A model generated the notes under the pieces. It worked only from the letters and a program-made list of their open reading frames with translations. It ran no database searches and was not told the DNA's origin. Source: Bigelowiella natans CCMP2755 (taxonomy: Eukaryota > Protista > Cercozoa). From it: 64,000 bases of DNA. Made by a program: the position numbers and the translations under genes. Below are positions 60,422 to 64,000 of this stretch, piece after piece; the first letter of the stretch is position 1; each line of letters begins with the position of its first letter. The DNA lies in NCBI GenBank assembly GCA_000320545.1, contig ADNK01001958.1, positions 1-64,000 of the forward strand, written 5' to 3'.

Positions 60422-60747
60422 TGTAGCGCGTACCACTACGCGGGCACAAGTCACGTGCGACAACAAAGGGGTTGTCGCGGATATAGAATATAGATAACGT
60501 AGATATTAATACAGCATAGGCACGTGGGTTCCGGCGGGACTCATGGCAGCACACCGGAAGTGTGCTGCCCCACGTGCGGCGGCATTCGCGAAAGCTTCGC
60601 GAATGATTACGCAGTGCACGATTTAATAAAAATATAATCTTTAATAAAAATAAACACAACTCTTCAAAAGGAAGCAAACGTGCCTTTCCCCCCCCCTGCC
60701 TACTTGTGCACGTAGCGCCTCGGCCTGTGAACACCTTACGCGCAACA
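60422..60747 (+). repeat. 3' LTR of copy 2
   Basis: Same 326-bp sequence. Confidence 0.97.
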
Positions 60748-60956
60748 GCACGTCGCATGCGCAACACGAATGCTGGCCTGCGCTTGGCATGCATTGAAGA
60801 CACAACAGCAGGAAAAAGTGCATGCAATCAAAGCACTGCAGCCGCCACATTGCACAGCTGCATTTGGATGAGAATTGAAAAGATTTAATCAATTTATTCA
60901 ATGAGTACATGTCCGTCTCGCATCTTTCAGTTTCAAGTTCGGCATTCAAGGTTAAT

Positions 60957-61373
<417 letters not shown>

Positions 61374-61778
61374 TCAATGTTTACCTCCTCGGCTTTGGTT
61401 TCAATGAGTGAATGAATAAATGAAGAGATTCGTAATCGTGATGCAGGTCGTATGGGAAGATGAATTGTGTTCTTGTTCAAGGTGCACGAAGAAGAAGATA
61501 AAATCGCTTGCCGTTTCATCTAAAAAACTATGCCGTTTTATCTAACAAAATGCGTGCCGATATCCTTCTCGGGATAATCCTAAACCCATAAAATGTATAT
61601 TTATGTATGTATACAAGTCTCCAAAGAAAAATGGCCTGCATCTGCTCCAATATACCAACGCTGATGAGGGCATAGTCGTATGCGACATCATTTTTTATGA
61701 GACGCAGCTTCTGAATGGCAAGTTATCACACAAATCTCGAGAAATCCGAGGAGAGAACGAGTATCAGCTTACTCGATT

Positions 61779-62011
61779 ACCTCCCACCCTCAACCCAGAA
61801 AACTTTGACTAAGCCAACAGAAACGAAAGAATGGATCAGACCCTTGTTCTGGGTCAAACATAAAAAATTAGTTCATGTGTCTTTCCTTTGTACGAATGAA
61901 GTATTCCGCCCGCTCTCTTACACCTCTCGGTACGTTAGGTACAGTAGCCGTCTCTGGTCTATTTGTAAATCATGTGGTAGTACTTTCAATTAACAGAACC
62001 TAATCCCCAGT
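61779..62011 (+). repeat. Dispersed direct repeat, copy B
   Basis: Diverged copy of 54031-54316 with indels. Confidence 0.9.
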
Positions 62012-62185
62012 ACTCAGTGTGGTGACTGCTTTCCGCTTTTCCATGCAATCGATTATCGGCTTATAATTTTAGGAAAAATTTCGAAGCCCTAAATGTGAAG
62101 AATTAGCACTCATAACACCTGAAAGAGTATACCTCTTTTCTCTTCTCGCATTCATGGTGATCTGGTAACTCTTCTGAACAAAAGG

Positions 62186-62298
<113 letters not shown>

Positions 62299-62584
62299 GA
62301 CGCCTGAATACTCAAAAACTAGGTATTTTTCATCTCCATCTAGTGGGATTGTTCATCTAATTCTGGCTGTAAAGCTTGTTATAGAATCATTGATGTGGGT
62401 TTGGGAGCCCCCTTTCAAGTGGTAGTAATTACGTGTAGAATCGCCAGCACTAGCAGTAAACAGAACAATGGCTCGTTTTATATGTAGCAGCACAAGTTGA
62501 TGATGTCGTCAAAGTCTTATAATTTTTTTAAATTACTGTACTTGGATAGATAAAATCGTAACCATCATCTTTATCATCACCATT

Positions 62585-62616
<32 letters not shown>

Positions 62617-62631
62617 CATGAAATGGCTACA

Positions 62632-63787
62632 GGGAATATCCACTGCTCTTTGACTATCTACACGTTCTCTCCGTGGTGCTGACAGCTTTGGTTCGTACAA
62701 TACACATCATTCTCTCGAAATCATCTTCCTCGTCTTTCTTTACTTTATTATCATGAAGATATGAGATTTTGAAAGATGGGGCAGAAGGATGGTGAGGAGG
62801 AGGAGGAGAGTAACAAGAATATTCTCCTACTCCTCCAATTTCTTCATTCCTGAAAATGGTTATTCGGATAGAAAGAAAAAAGACGAGTAGTTGAGAAGTA
62901 GAGATCCTCCTCACTGTTATTGACTGGTTATCATCTTTGCCATCTTGCATCATTATATTCTTAGATATTTCCGTACGGGGGATCTGCTTTAACCACCTTC
63001 TTATCTCCAGGTTGTGGAAGAAGATGCGTGCTAATCAAACAGCCTTTCCTTATAGAATTGATAAATCTGCATGAGAACAAACCTCTCCTTGATCAAAATT
63101 TTATCACACTTGGTGTGAGCATATACGTTTGCGAGCATAGTAATGATAAACGATTACCTTAATGCTACAAAGCTCATTTCTTCCATAGAGAAGTACAAGC
63201 CCACTATTCCTTTTTGTGTTGAAATATATGGTAATGTCGAATGTAGAACCTACCTACATAGACATATCCCTTAAACCGCGACACTATCTTCATATTTTCC
63301 CTTTTTATTGGCAGTTTTGCTATCATCATTGCAATTCGTGTCCTTTTTCCGAGAAGAAACGTAGTGGCATTGTCTTTGTTGGGGGTTCAAATGGAAGGAA
63401 CTCAGTAGTCCTAAGGCTTGTTGCTAATAATCTCGTGATATAGTTCATCATTACGATACGATGATGCAGGTTCTATGACAGCACCTTTGATCACTGCCAC
63501 GGCAGGATTGTGTTTCGTCACGATCATAGCTTTAGAGACATGGTCAGCGATTGATGTGTGTGAATGGGGGATTCAGTAGTAGTGAGAGCAGGATTATGAT
63601 AGGGATATGGTAGGGTTACTACCTCTCAATGACTTGGAACAAAGATGGTTATGTTATATTTATTCGTCATCATCATTTCCCTCCTTGTCTTTCCTTCCTC
63701 GCTGCAGGTCGATGTGTGTACGCAGAAAGCATGGAGGAATACAAGCCATACTTGAAGACTCAATTCAAAGTGTCTACATGATTCCTG
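62632..63787 (+). CDS. Possible partial multi-exon membrane-protein gene
   Basis: Candidate AG..GT exons EYPLLFDYLHVLSVVLTAL and GSMTAPLITATAGLCFVTIIALETW-SMCVRRKHGG..; no family recognised. Confidence 0.3.
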
Positions 63788-64000
63788 GTACTGCTGATCA
63801 TGAAATCGTGTTTTTGCGGTGATTAGTAGATAGATATGACGATGGTTTCAACAGTGATGGCCACACAGTTAACATCATAGGCAGCACAAAAACACGAAGA
63901 AGAAGAAGAAGAAGAAGAAGAAGACAAAAGAATGGAGAAAATGAAAGAGGGAGGGAGGGTGGGGGTTGTTTAGAGCCTTTTCTTTAAATTGTCTAAGTGG

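Larger units (their letters stand above)
55032..60747 (+). mobile_element. Full-length Ty3/gypsy-type LTR retrotransposon, copy 2 (5716 bp)
   Basis: LTRs 55032-55357 and 60422-60747; TSD GCAC (55028-55031 / 60748-60751); offset 38378 from copy 1. Confidence 0.97.

Noticed and set aside
55032-60747. Copy 2 as an assembly or segmental duplication
   Set aside because: Identity stops exactly at the LTR ends and each copy has its own TSD.

Overview
Eukaryotic nuclear DNA: gene-dense, intron-rich (GT-AG), with many microsatellite-filled introns. Two genes (CCB3/YGGT-like, CbbY-like) have signal-peptide plus transit-peptide leaders, which points to an alga with a secondary plastid (chlorarachniophyte-like; inference). 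I spliced 13 host genes by eye: GT8 glycosyltransferase (3' part), NDUFB11/ESSS-like, a CHAT-STAND-double STAT-type SH2 protein, CCB3-like, acylated EF-hand protein, NIFK/Nop15-like RRM, CbbY-like HAD, GH55 glucanase, ankyrin protein, C2H2 protein, 4-TM protein, cryptochrome/photolyase and S1-domain protein. There is also a divergent histone H3. Two full-length 5716-bp copies of a young Ty3/gypsy-type LTR retrotransposon are present (16654-22369, TSD TAGA; 55032-60747, TSD GCAC; one visible nucleotide difference). The most striking signals: (1) the polyprotein ends, where chromoviruses carry a chromodomain, in a degenerate DIRS/phage Dam-like adenine-methyltransferase-like domain; (2) intergenic islands downstream of gene 3' ends are almost free of TpA except in CTAG (about 685 bp with none at 45492-46175), suggesting a local TA->TG/CA mutational process tied to a DNA modification; (3) both retrotransposon copies sit inside such islands. 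Exon boundaries and domain calls were made by eye without searches.
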